Source: Planctomycetota bacterium
GTDB taxonomy: Bacteria > Planctomycetota > UBA1135 > GCA-002686595
Length of the DNA: 64,000 nucleotides
Reading direction: 5' to 3'
Assembly: GCA_041488095.1 (NCBI GenBank)
Contig: JBGPOP010000008.1
Coordinates: 26,396 to 90,395, forward strand
The notes below the pieces were generated by a model. It was not told the origin of the DNA, made no database searches, and saw nothing but the letters and a program-made list of their open reading frames with translations. Below are positions 1 to 7,832 of this stretch, in pieces. Positions within the stretch are counted from its first letter, which is position 1, and each line of letters starts with the position of its first letter. The position numbers and the translations under genes were made by a program.

Positions 1-257
1 CAGCCCAGCGGCAGCCCGACGCGCTGCAGCGCCGAGCGCTCGATCCGTCGCCACTCGTGATCCACGGGTTCGCGCGGCGCAGCTGCGCGCGCGAGGACGG
101 CCAGACGCTGCTGGGCCGCGACCTCGCGCACGAGCGCGGGCTCGCGCTCGAGGCGCGCCTCGAAGGCCGCGCGGTCCGCGGGCGCGAGCTCGCCGTCGAC
201 GTAGGCCATCGCCCGCAGGTCGTCCGCGCTCGGGGGCGGCTCGCTCGGGCCATTCAT
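1..257 (-). CDS. Anti-sigma factor. Only the N-terminal part lies in the window; the gene runs off the window start.
   Basis: The minus-strand translation starting at ATG 257..255 reads MNGPSEPPPSADDLRAMAYVDGELAPADRAAFEARLEREPALVREV... The YVDGEL...FEAHL-type motif is typical of anti-sigma N-terminal sigma-binding domains. The ATG overlaps the upstream sigma-factor stop as ATGA. Confidence 0.55.
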   Translation of the reverse strand, partial: MNGPSEPPPSADDLRAMAYVDGELAPADRAAFEARLEREPALVREVAAQQRLAVLARAAAPREPVDHEWRRIERSALQRVGLPLG

Positions 258-850
258 CGGGGTCCTCCGGGGATCTTCTCCAGCTCTTCACGCAGGCGCC
301 TGCGGGCATGGAAGAGGCGCGACATGACCGTGCCTTCCGGGATCGAGAGCGCGGAGGCGATCTCCTTGTACGCGAGCTCGTCGAAGTGCCGCAGCGACAG
401 GATCTCGCGGTCGCGCGCCGTGAGCTTCCTGAACGCTCCCCAGAAGACCTCGGCGCGCTCGCCGCTCTCGACCGCGTCGAGCGGCCCGGCCTCCTGGTCG
501 GCGATGTCGTAGTCGGACGCGTCCTCGTCGACGCCAGCCGCCCGCGCCGAGATCGAGCGCTCCGAGAGTCTCCCGCGGTCGCGCAGGAACGAGTAGCAGG
601 CGTTGCGCAGGATCCGGTGGAACCAGGGCAGGAAGGGCTCGCCGTCGCGGAAGCTCTGGCGGGCCTTGTAGACCTTGAGGAAGGCTTCCTGGGTGAGCTC
701 CATGGCGTCGTCGCGTGATCCGACCAGCGCGCGGGCCACGTGGAAGGCGCGGCCGCGCAGGCTCTCGACCAGGGTGTCGAAGGCCCTCGCGTCGCCCTGC
801 TTCGCCGCCAGCATGAGCCGTGTGGCTTCGCACTGCCCCGCGCTTTGCAT
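254..850 (-). CDS. ECF-type (sigma-70 family, RpoE-like) RNA polymerase sigma factor
   Basis: This is the C-terminal 198 aa of ORF 254..1318(-), starting at MQSAGQCEATRLMLAAKQGDARAFDTLVESLRGRAFHVARALVG...ELAYKEIASALSIPEGTVMSRLFHARRRLREEL. It has region 2 and region 4 signatures of ECF sigma factors. The ATG at 850 was verified in the sequence (cat at 848-850). Confidence 0.8.
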   Translation of the reverse strand: MQSAGQCEATRLMLAAKQGDARAFDTLVESLRGRAFHVARALVGSRDDAMELTQEAFLKVYKARQSFRDGEPFLPWFHRILRNACYSFLRDRGRLSERSISARAAGVDEDASDYDIADQEAGPLDAVESGERAEVFWGAFRKLTARDREILSLRHFDELAYKEIASALSIPEGTVMSRLFHARRRLREELEKIPGGPR

Positions 851-885
851 CGGGGGGCCGCCGTACGCGGAGTCGGCCGGTTCCT

Positions 886-2253
886 TCACGCCCTTTTCTC
901 CTGGATGGCCAGCCTGGAGAGAGCGAGATCCAGGACCTGCGCCGCCGCGCGCCCGACGGCTCCGGGCGGGCCGAGACGCCGGCTCGCCCTCTCGAGCAGG
1001 GCGCCGCACTCGACCCGCCAGGCCTGATCGGCGAAGCACCGCAGGAGCGCGGCGTCGACCCTCTCGGCCGGACCTACGCCGTGGAAGCAGAACTCGGGGT
1101 AGGCCTCGCGGCCGGCGAGCAGGTTGACCGACGAGAACCACGGCACGGTCAGGAAGAGGCGCGAGGCCCAGGCTGCGGGTGCGCTCCCGAAGCGGTAGAC
1201 GACGACCGCCGGGATCCTGTGGTGGAGGAGATCGAGCAGCACCGTGCCCGACACGGAGAGTGCGCAGCGCGCGCGAGAGAGCGAGCCGTGCAGGTCGCCG
1301 GTTTCGACACAGGCCCACGCGGACGCTCCGGCGCGCCCGACCTCCGCCTCGAGGAGCTCGGAGAGCTCACGCTGCTCGTGGACGACCGTGACGACGACCT
1401 CGCGCTCGCGCTGGCGCAGCCTCTCCGCGGCGGCGAGCATCCAGCCGAGGTTCTTCTCGATCACACCCCGGCGGCTGCCGGGGAGGAGCACGAGGTGTCG
1501 AGCGTCGTCCGCGGGCCGCGTCGCTGGAACGGACGACAGCACATCCAGCAGGGGATGTCCGACGTGAGCCACGGCGACGCCGCGCCGTTCGAACCAGCCC
1601 GGTTCGAACGGAAGAATCGACAGCGCGCGATCCACGGCCGTCCGGTATCCGCCGACCCGCCAGGGCGCCCAGCCCCAGTACTGCGGTGTCACGAAGTGCG
1701 CCACCGGAACGCCGTGGGCCTTCGCGATCCGCGCGAGCGGGAGGTGCAGCGCGGGCGAATCGATCGGCGCGCAGACGTCGGGGCGCTCGCCAGCGAAGTG
1801 CTCGGCGGCCTTGCGCAGGAGCTCCATGTAGTAGGACAGGTTCTCGATCGGCCCTCCGAATCCCATCGCCGCGCGCCCGACCGGGCGGCCGACATGGCGA
1901 ACGCCTTCCGCTTCCAGGCGGACGCCGCCCAGCGCGGAGACTTCCGGCGGGGGACCTCCGAGCCGGGCGATCGCCGCGCGCAGGGCGCGGACGAGCGACA
2001 CGGCGTGCGTCTCGCCCGAGGCCTCGGCGCAGGAGACGAAGATCCGGAGCGGACGCGCGGGCAGCGGGTCGAAGTCGGGATCGCGCGCGAACGGCGCCGG
2101 CTCCCCGAGCAGGCGCGCGACCTCCGCGCGCCGCGACCGGCGCGTCGCGAGGTAGGCGAGCGCTCGAGCGGGCAGGAGCGCTCCCGCGCCGACGGCGCGG
2201 AAGACCTCCCGGCGCACGAGCGAACGCGGGCTGGGAGCGCTGGGGGAAGCCAT
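886..2253 (-). CDS. lpxB: Lipid-A-disaccharide synthase (glycosyltransferase family 19)
   Basis: ORF 886..2550(-) contains RIFVSCAEASGETHAVSLVRALRA, VPVAHFVTPQYWGWAPWRVGGYRTAVDRALSILPFE, LLPGSRRGVIEKNLGWML and TVLLDLLHHRIPAVVVYR. The start was chosen at ATG 2253 (MASPSAP...). An upstream start would clash with the plus-strand TPR gene. Confidence 0.75.
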   Translation of the reverse strand: MASPSAPSPRSLVRREVFRAVGAGALLPARALAYLATRRSRRAEVARLLGEPAPFARDPDFDPLPARPLRIFVSCAEASGETHAVSLVRALRAAIARLGGPPPEVSALGGVRLEAEGVRHVGRPVGRAAMGFGGPIENLSYYMELLRKAAEHFAGERPDVCAPIDSPALHLPLARIAKAHGVPVAHFVTPQYWGWAPWRVGGYRTAVDRALSILPFEPGWFERRGVAVAHVGHPLLDVLSSVPATRPADDARHLVLLPGSRRGVIEKNLGWMLAAAERLRQREREVVVTVVHEQRELSELLEAEVGRAGASAWACVETGDLHGSLSRARCALSVSGTVLLDLLHHRIPAVVVYRFGSAPAAWASRLFLTVPWFSSVNLLAGREAYPEFCFHGVGPAERVDAALLRCFADQAWRVECGALLERASRRLGPPGAVGRAAAQVLDLALSRLAIQEKRA

Positions 2254-2320
2254 CGCGGGCCGCAGAGCATAGGCGGCGCGGCCCCCATGCGCTTCAATGG
2301 GATGCCCACCCTCGCAGCCC

Positions 2321-3013
2321 ATGATGCGCCTGATCGGGTTCTTCGTCGTCGTCCTCCTCGCGCTGCAGCTCCTGCGCCACCTGCCCGTCGTCGGACCGGT
2401 CTTCAACGTGCCGATCCTGGGCTTCTGGGGCGCGGCCATCCTCGTCAGCGCGGTGGCCTCGAGGGCGGCTGCGACCGTGCTCGACCGCAGGAGGCTCTCG
2501 CGGCGCGTGCGCGAGCTCGGGCACGTCGAGACCCCGCACAACCAGGGCAAGCTCGGCAGCCTGCTCGCCGGCGAGCGGCGCTTTCGCGAGGCGGTTCCGC
2601 ACCTCGAGCGCGCCGTCGCGGGCGAGCCCGAGGTGGCCGAGTGGCGCTACCGCCTGGGCTGCGCGCTGCTCGAGAGCGGTCGCCCGCGCGAGGCGGCCGA
2701 GGCGCTCGCGGCTGCGGCGGCGATCGACGAGGAGCACGCCTACGGGGCAGTGCTCATGCGCCTGGCCGAGGCTCGATTCGCGAGCGGCGACGGGAAGGCC
2801 GCGCTCGCGGCGCTCGATCGCCGCGACGCGAACCACGGCCCCGATCCCGAGAGCTCCTTCCGGCGAGGACTGACCCTGAAGGCGCTCGGCCGGAGGGACG
2901 AGGCGCGCGCGAGCCTGGCCCAGGTCGGGAGGCTCGCCGCGGCCGCCGCGCGCTACCACCGCGGGGAAGCGCGGAGGTGGGCTGTGCGCGCGTTCCTCGC
3001 GCGCCTCGCCTGA
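2321..3013 (+). CDS. Membrane-anchored TPR-repeat protein
   Basis: The sequence MMRLIGFFVVVLLALQLLRHLPVVGPVFNVPILGFWGAAILVSAVA contains hydrophobic helices. TPR-like repeats follow (AEWRYRLGCALLESGRPREAAEALAAAAAIDEEHAYG...). Alternative in-frame starts exist at 2297 and 2324. Confidence 0.5.
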   Translation: MMRLIGFFVVVLLALQLLRHLPVVGPVFNVPILGFWGAAILVSAVASRAAATVLDRRRLSRRVRELGHVETPHNQGKLGSLLAGERRFREAVPHLERAVAGEPEVAEWRYRLGCALLESGRPREAAEALAAAAAIDEEHAYGAVLMRLAEARFASGDGKAALAALDRRDANHGPDPESSFRRGLTLKALGRRDEARASLAQVGRLAAAAARYHRGEARRWAVRAFLARLA

Positions 3014-3019
3014 CCCCCT

Positions 3020-3781
3020 TCAGGGAACGCGCCGCTCGAACGCGGCGAGCGACGCGGCCAGGCAGGCCGCGCTGAAAAGGACGAGCGGGCCGCAGACCCG
3101 CCAGTCCAGCGATCCGCGCTCGAAGATCCGCGTGAAGTCCTCGAGGTCGGCCAGACGGAAGATGGACCCGTGCGTCGCCTCCATGACGAGGTAGAGCGCG
3201 AACTCGAGCACCAGGGAGAGGAGCATCGCGAAGGCGATCGCGGTCGGGCGGCTGCCGACAGCGGAGAGAAGGAACGTCGCGCTGTAGATCGCGAGCAGGA
3301 AGACCGATTCGTGCGTCGATCCGAGCAGGTAGGGGGAGAGGCGCGCCTTCTCGTGCACGAGGGAAAGCAGCCAGGGGATCGTGGCGCTCGTCGCGAAGAC
3401 GGGCAGGGCGACCGCGAGGGCGCCGAGCGCGTAGCGTTCGCACAGGATCCTCTTGCGCGAGAGCGGCCGCGCCAGCCACATCTCGAGCGTGCCGCGGTGC
3501 GCTTCGCCGGCGACCGCACCCATCGCGAAGAGCACGGCGGCGGCGCCGCCGAGCGCGTGGCAGCCTTTGAAGAAGTGCTGCAGGTTCACGTAGGACGTCG
3601 CCCCACCCTTGACGATCGCGTCGACCATCCCGCCCATCACGCGGCTCGGCACCAACTTCAGGATCGCAGGGAGGTTGTCCCTGAACTGGGGCCAATACAG
3701 GATGGCGGCGGCGAGCATGGCCTCGAGCACGAGCGCGTAGGCCAGCGCGCGCCCCAGGTAGGAACGGATCTCGCGGCCCAT
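3020..3781 (-). CDS. ABC-2 type transporter permease
   Basis: A 253-aa polytopic hydrophobic protein beginning MGREIRSYLGRALAYALVLEAMLAAAILYW... It sits immediately downstream of an ABC ATPase. Its ATG (3781..3779) overlaps the ATPase stop. Confidence 0.6.
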   Translation of the reverse strand: MGREIRSYLGRALAYALVLEAMLAAAILYWPQFRDNLPAILKLVPSRVMGGMVDAIVKGGATSYVNLQHFFKGCHALGGAAAVLFAMGAVAGEAHRGTLEMWLARPLSRKRILCERYALGALAVALPVFATSATIPWLLSLVHEKARLSPYLLGSTHESVFLLAIYSATFLLSAVGSRPTAIAFAMLLSLVLEFALYLVMEATHGSIFRLADLEDFTRIFERGSLDWRVCGPLVLFSAACLAASLAAFERRVP

Positions 3782-4779
3782 CAGCAGCCCTCGACCCCGT
3801 AGATCTCGCGGTAGAGGTCGGATAGCGAGAGTTCGCCGTACTCGGCGGCGCGCGGCCGCGGGAGGTCGGGCGCGGAGAGCACGGAGGAGAGGAACGTGGA
3901 CGGCTCCGCGCTTCCGAGGGTCACCGTCGCCCGGAGGCCCTCGATCCTCACTCGAGCCCCCTCGAAACGCGAGAGGCGCTCCGAGACCTTCCCCATCTCG
4001 ACGCCCTCGTCGAAGGAGAGCCGCACCAGGCGCCGGGCGCGCTCGGCCACCGAGGCGGCGGCCTCTTCGGCGATTTTCTTGCCCTCGCTCAGGAACACGA
4101 GCACGTCGCAGGCGCGGTCGACCTCGCCCAGGTGATGGCTGGAGAGCAGGATCGTCGTCCCGCGTGCAGCGTCGTCGGCGAGCCTCTCCAGCACGACGCC
4201 TCGCCGGCTCGGGTCCAGGCCCTCGGTCGCCTCGTCGAGAATGCGCACGCCGACCTCGGGAGCCAGCGCGGCCGAGAGCAGGAGCTGGCGCTTCATGCCG
4301 TGGCTGTACGCGCGCACCTTCTTCTCGAGCGGCAGTCCGAGGTCGGAGGCGATCGCGCGCGCCTTCTTCCCCGCCTCGCGTCCGCGTCCGCGGAGGAGCC
4401 ACTCGAGGTGCGCAGCGCCCTTCATCTCGCCGTAGAGAGCGATCTCGCCCGGCGCGTAGGTCGAGCGCCGCCGCACGGCGGTCCCGTCGCCCGAGACCTC
4501 GACGCCGTCGACGAAGGCCCGACCGGAGTCCGGCCGGACGAGGCCCATGAGGGCGCGGAGCAGGGTGCTCTTCCCGCTGCCGTTGGGACCCAGGAGCCCG
4601 ACGATTTGGCCGGGGCCGAGATCCAGGTCGATCGGGTGCAGCGCGACTTTCTTCCCGAAGCTCCTTGAGAGCCCCCGGGTGACGATGCGGCGGTCGCTCG
4701 GAATCGGCTGGGCGGAGGCTTGCACGTGGAATCGGGGCGGTGCCGGCGGGAGAATGGACGGCCGATGAGCGGAGCACAT
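3781..4779 (-). CDS. ABC transporter ATP-binding protein
   Basis: It has a Walker A motif (GLLGPNGSGKSTLLRAL), the ABC signature (YSHGMKRQLLLSAAL), Walker B (ILDEATEGLD) and an H-loop (LSSHHL). The start is uncertain: ATG 4779, or an internal GTG near 4725. Confidence 0.8.
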   Translation of the reverse strand: MCSAHRPSILPPAPPRFHVQASAQPIPSDRRIVTRGLSRSFGKKVALHPIDLDLGPGQIVGLLGPNGSGKSTLLRALMGLVRPDSGRAFVDGVEVSGDGTAVRRRSTYAPGEIALYGEMKGAAHLEWLLRGRGREAGKKARAIASDLGLPLEKKVRAYSHGMKRQLLLSAALAPEVGVRILDEATEGLDPSRRGVVLERLADDAARGTTILLSSHHLGEVDRACDVLVFLSEGKKIAEEAAASVAERARRLVRLSFDEGVEMGKVSERLSRFEGARVRIEGLRATVTLGSAEPSTFLSSVLSAPDLPRPRAAEYGELSLSDLYREIYGVEGC

Positions 4780-5508
4780 GTTGCCGCGGTCCTCAAGGCG
4801 GACGCGCTGGGCCGCGTCGAGCGGATCGTGGCCGACGACGGCTCGGCACGGGTGCGACGCGTCGCCTGCGGCGGGCGCGCCCCGGGCTCGGCCTGGATCG
4901 CACGGCGGCTCCTTGCGCGCGAGCGACGAGCGCTCGCGGCGCTGGCGGGGCTCCCGGGCGTCCCGCGCCTCCTGGGACACGGCCGCGGAGTGCTCGAGCG
5001 CTCCTGGATCGAAGGTCTCCCGCTCTCCCGGGCGGAGGTCCTGCCCGAGGACTTCTTCGACCGCCTCGACGATCTCGTGCTCGCGCTCCACGCCCGCGGC
5101 GTGTGCCACAACGATCTTCACAAGGAGCAGAACGTCCTCGTCGGGACGGACGGCTGGCCGGCGCTCCTCGACTTCCAGCTCGCGAGCGTCCACCGTCCGC
5201 GCTCGCCGCTCTTCGCGGGCCGCGTGCGCGACGATCTGCGCCACGTCGAGAAGCACCGACGGCGCTACACACGCGAGGGGCGCGGACCCCGCGGCGCGGA
5301 GCTCTCACGAGGCGGGGGCCACGGCCTGCCTCGATCCTGGGCGGCGTTCGTGTGGCGGCGTGCGGTCAAGCCCGCGTACGTCCTGCTCACGCGGCGGGTC
5401 CTCGGGACTCGCGACGGCGAGGAACGCCGCGAAAGCTCGGGCCCCTGGCCGCGCTGGACGGCCCCGCTCGAGGGTCGCGGCGCGAGCTACCGCACATCCT
5501 CGCGGTAG
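4765..5508 (+). CDS. Protein-kinase-like fold protein, possibly of the lipopolysaccharide (Kdo/WaaP-type) kinase family
   Basis: It begins MSGAHVAAVLKADALGRVERIV... and contains a catalytic-loop-like HNDLHKEQNVLV and DFQ in place of DFG. It lies in the lpxB neighbourhood. The family assignment is from memory of motifs only. Confidence 0.4.
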   Translation: MSGAHVAAVLKADALGRVERIVADDGSARVRRVACGGRAPGSAWIARRLLARERRALAALAGLPGVPRLLGHGRGVLERSWIEGLPLSRAEVLPEDFFDRLDDLVLALHARGVCHNDLHKEQNVLVGTDGWPALLDFQLASVHRPRSPLFAGRVRDDLRHVEKHRRRYTREGRGPRGAELSRGGGHGLPRSWAAFVWRRAVKPAYVLLTRRVLGTRDGEERRESSGPWPRWTAPLEGRGASYRTSSR

Positions 5509-6146
5509 ACCGGGCGCTGGCGCCGGCCCAGCTCGCGGCGATGCGCGACGAGGCGCCACAGGTCCTGCAACCCGACGACGGTCAGGTAGCGCTTCGACCC
5601 GGCGGCGTCGTTCAGCGTGAGGATCCCCGACACGAGCCCGACGAGCCTCTTCCGGTCCTCGTCGCCGCCCACCAGCACGAAGACGCCCGCGCCCACCTGG
5701 TCGGGCGCGCCTTCGATCTCGCGCAAGACCGGGAGCAGGATGCCGTCGACGCGCGGATCGGTCCTCACTTGCGCGCTGCGTCTCCAGAGACCGCCGCCCT
5801 TCCGTCCGACGACCAGGACCTCGTTGCCGGGTCGGAGCGCTTCGAAGCTCATCGGCACCTCGGGCAGGCGGATCTCCATCTCCGCGGTGTAGACCCCGGA
5901 GCCGACGGGCTCGATCGCCGAGGATTCCGTCTGGGGTCCGTCGCCGAACCAGGCCGTGATCCGCACGCTGCCGGACTGCGCGGTGCGTCCGAGGAAGGCC
6001 ACTCCGTAGTCGGTCGAGACGCCGAGCTCGCTGCCGCCCGGGGTCTGGATCACCAGCGTGGGATCGGCGAGCGTGCGCACGCCCGTGCATCCGGCTGCGA
6101 GCGGCAGCAGGAGGAACGGCATGGATCGAAGCGCGACCTTGGACAT
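5487..6146 (-). CDS. Lipoprotein, hypothetical
   Basis: The N-terminus MSKVALRSMPFLLLPLAAGCTGV has a signal peptide with an LAAGC lipobox. Its 3' end overlaps the convergent kinase-like gene by about 22 bp. Confidence 0.5.
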   Translation of the reverse strand: MSKVALRSMPFLLLPLAAGCTGVRTLADPTLVIQTPGGSELGVSTDYGVAFLGRTAQSGSVRITAWFGDGPQTESSAIEPVGSGVYTAEMEIRLPEVPMSFEALRPGNEVLVVGRKGGGLWRRSAQVRTDPRVDGILLPVLREIEGAPDQVGAGVFVLVGGDEDRKRLVGLVSGILTLNDAAGSKRYLTVVGLQDLWRLVAHRRELGRRQRPVYREDVR

Positions 6147-6158
6147 CGGATGGCGCGA

Positions 6159-7832
6159 TCAGGAGCCTTCGAACTCCAGGAACCACTCGCGGTAGCTGTC
6201 GTTCTCGGGGTCGAGCTCCGCGGCCAACCCGGCCTGGACGCGGGCCTCGGGGTTCTTGATCTTCTTCTCCGCGTCCGGCTCGACCAAGGTGACCGTCGAC
6301 CCCGAATCGGAGGACGCGAGCGTGATGCGGCCGGCCTCGAAGCGCGAGAGCTCGTAGCGGAAGGCAGCGTTCAGCGGATCCATCGCGACCGCCTTGTCGA
6401 GATCGGCTCTGGCCTCGGCCCGCTTGCCCGTCGCCGCCAGGGCCCGGCCGCGCGCCCACCAGGCGCGCGGATCGGTCGTGCCGCCCTGGATCGCCGCGTC
6501 CAGGTCCTCGAGCGCGCCCTTGAAGTCGAGCTGGCGCACGGCGCTCAGGCCGCGCTTGAGGCGCGCCGCGGGACCCTCGATCGGGATCGCGGCGACGAAG
6601 GACTTCCATTCCTTCTCGAGCTCCGCGGTGTCCTTGAGCCCGAGCTTGCCGAGCAGGTACTTGCGGATGTCCGGGGGGCTCACCTGCTTGCCGCCCGAGG
6701 TGGTGTCGACCTTGAGCGGCTTCTCGAGCGAGTACAAGCCCTTGAAGAAGCGCGCGAAGCTCTTGGCGTACTTGCCGTTCTCGTAGTGGTTGAGGAAGTA
6801 CACGAACGACCAGGCGTGCGCGTACTGGAAGCCGTCGAACTGCTCGCGCGGGAGCAGGAACAGGTCCTCGAGCTTCGTGTCGGATCTTCCGCCTGGTTTG
6901 GGGTCCTTGCCCTTGCCTCCGGTCGCCGGCCCGCCGGCCGCGCCGACGTGGATCGCCTGCTGCACGGTGAGCACGCGGTCGGTCTGCAGCTCGCCGGGGT
7001 GGATCACGAGCTTGCCCTTCTTGTCGCGCTCGACCTTCGACGAGCCGAAGTAGTCGGCGACGGCCTCGTTGACCCAGATCTGGGGGATGTAGTTCTGGTC
7101 GACGAGGAAGGTCAGGAGGTGCGTGCACTCGTGGAGCGCGACCCAGGTCGTGCGCGCGGGGTCCTGCCAGTCGTGGAAGAAGTTCAGCGACTTGCTCGCG
7201 GGCGAGAAGAAGCCGATCACGCCCTGGGGCATGCTGCCCCCGCCCCAGCTCGAGAGCTGGCGGAACTCATCGCGGCTCTTGAAGACGTTGACCGCCATCT
7301 TCGTGCGCCGCATGGTGGGAGAGGGGTCGATGCCGATGCGGTCGTCCATCAGGCTGTAGTAGGCCTCCAGGAGCTCGGCGTAGTAGTCGAGCAGCTCGGG
7401 CGAGGTGTTCGTCCGGAAGGCGAAGTGCTGGGTTTCCTTCGTCCATGCGTTGGACCAGTCGGAGTGCTTGGCGAGCTCTTCCGTGCGCGCCTTGGTCTTC
7501 TCGTGCTCGTGCAGGAGCTCTGCCTCGTAGGCCGGCTTGGAGAGCCACTTGCCCTTGTAGCGGACGTAGCCCTGGGCGAGCTTCTCGCGCTCGTCGTCGT
7601 TCTGGGGCACGTACTCCGACATGTCCCCCTCGATCTCGACCGACTGCACCGCGTCGCGGCTCTCGACGACGATCTCGCCGTTCTCGAACACGAAGCGGTA
7701 GCCGGCTGCCTCCTGGCGGGCCTTCTTGGGGTAGAGGCTGCGCCCGTCCTTGGTCAGCACGCGGTCGGCGCGAGCGGCCGGAGCGAGCGCGAGCGCGAGG
7801 GCTGCCCAGAGAAGCCGGCGAGGGGCGTTCAC
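6159..7832 (-). CDS. Secreted HExxH protein (DUF1570-like putative zinc metallopeptidase) with C-terminal TPR repeats
   Basis: The GTG start at 7832 gives VNAPRRLLWAALALALAPAARA (signal peptide). It contains WVALHECTHLLTF and YAHAWSFVYFLNHYENGKYA. The C-terminus carries TPR-like repeats (WWARGRALAATGKRAEARADLDKAVAMDP). It is a paralog of the upstream gene. Its GTG overlaps the upstream stop as GTGA. Confidence 0.6.
   Translation of the reverse strand: MNAPRRLLWAALALALAPAARADRVLTKDGRSLYPKKARQEAAGYRFVFENGEIVVESRDAVQSVEIEGDMSEYVPQNDDEREKLAQGYVRYKGKWLSKPAYEAELLHEHEKTKARTEELAKHSDWSNAWTKETQHFAFRTNTSPELLDYYAELLEAYYSLMDDRIGIDPSPTMRRTKMAVNVFKSRDEFRQLSSWGGGSMPQGVIGFFSPASKSLNFFHDWQDPARTTWVALHECTHLLTFLVDQNYIPQIWVNEAVADYFGSSKVERDKKGKLVIHPGELQTDRVLTVQQAIHVGAAGGPATGGKGKDPKPGGRSDTKLEDLFLLPREQFDGFQYAHAWSFVYFLNHYENGKYAKSFARFFKGLYSLEKPLKVDTTSGGKQVSPPDIRKYLLGKLGLKDTAELEKEWKSFVAAIPIEGPAARLKRGLSAVRQLDFKGALEDLDAAIQGGTTDPRAWWARGRALAATGKRAEARADLDKAVAMDPLNAAFRYELSRFEAGRITLASSDSGSTVTLVEPDAEKKIKNPEARVQAGLAAELDPENDSYREWFLEFEGS

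Noticed and set aside
864-884. Possible ECF-type promoter (GGAACC ... CGTA) upstream of the sigma-factor gene
   Set aside because: The spacing between the two elements is only about 11 nt, not the 16-17 nt expected. No promoter was called.
820-3075. A 751-aa plus-strand ORF over lpxB
   Set aside because: It is antisense to a clearly recognisable lpxB. The composition is typical of spurious high-GC frames.
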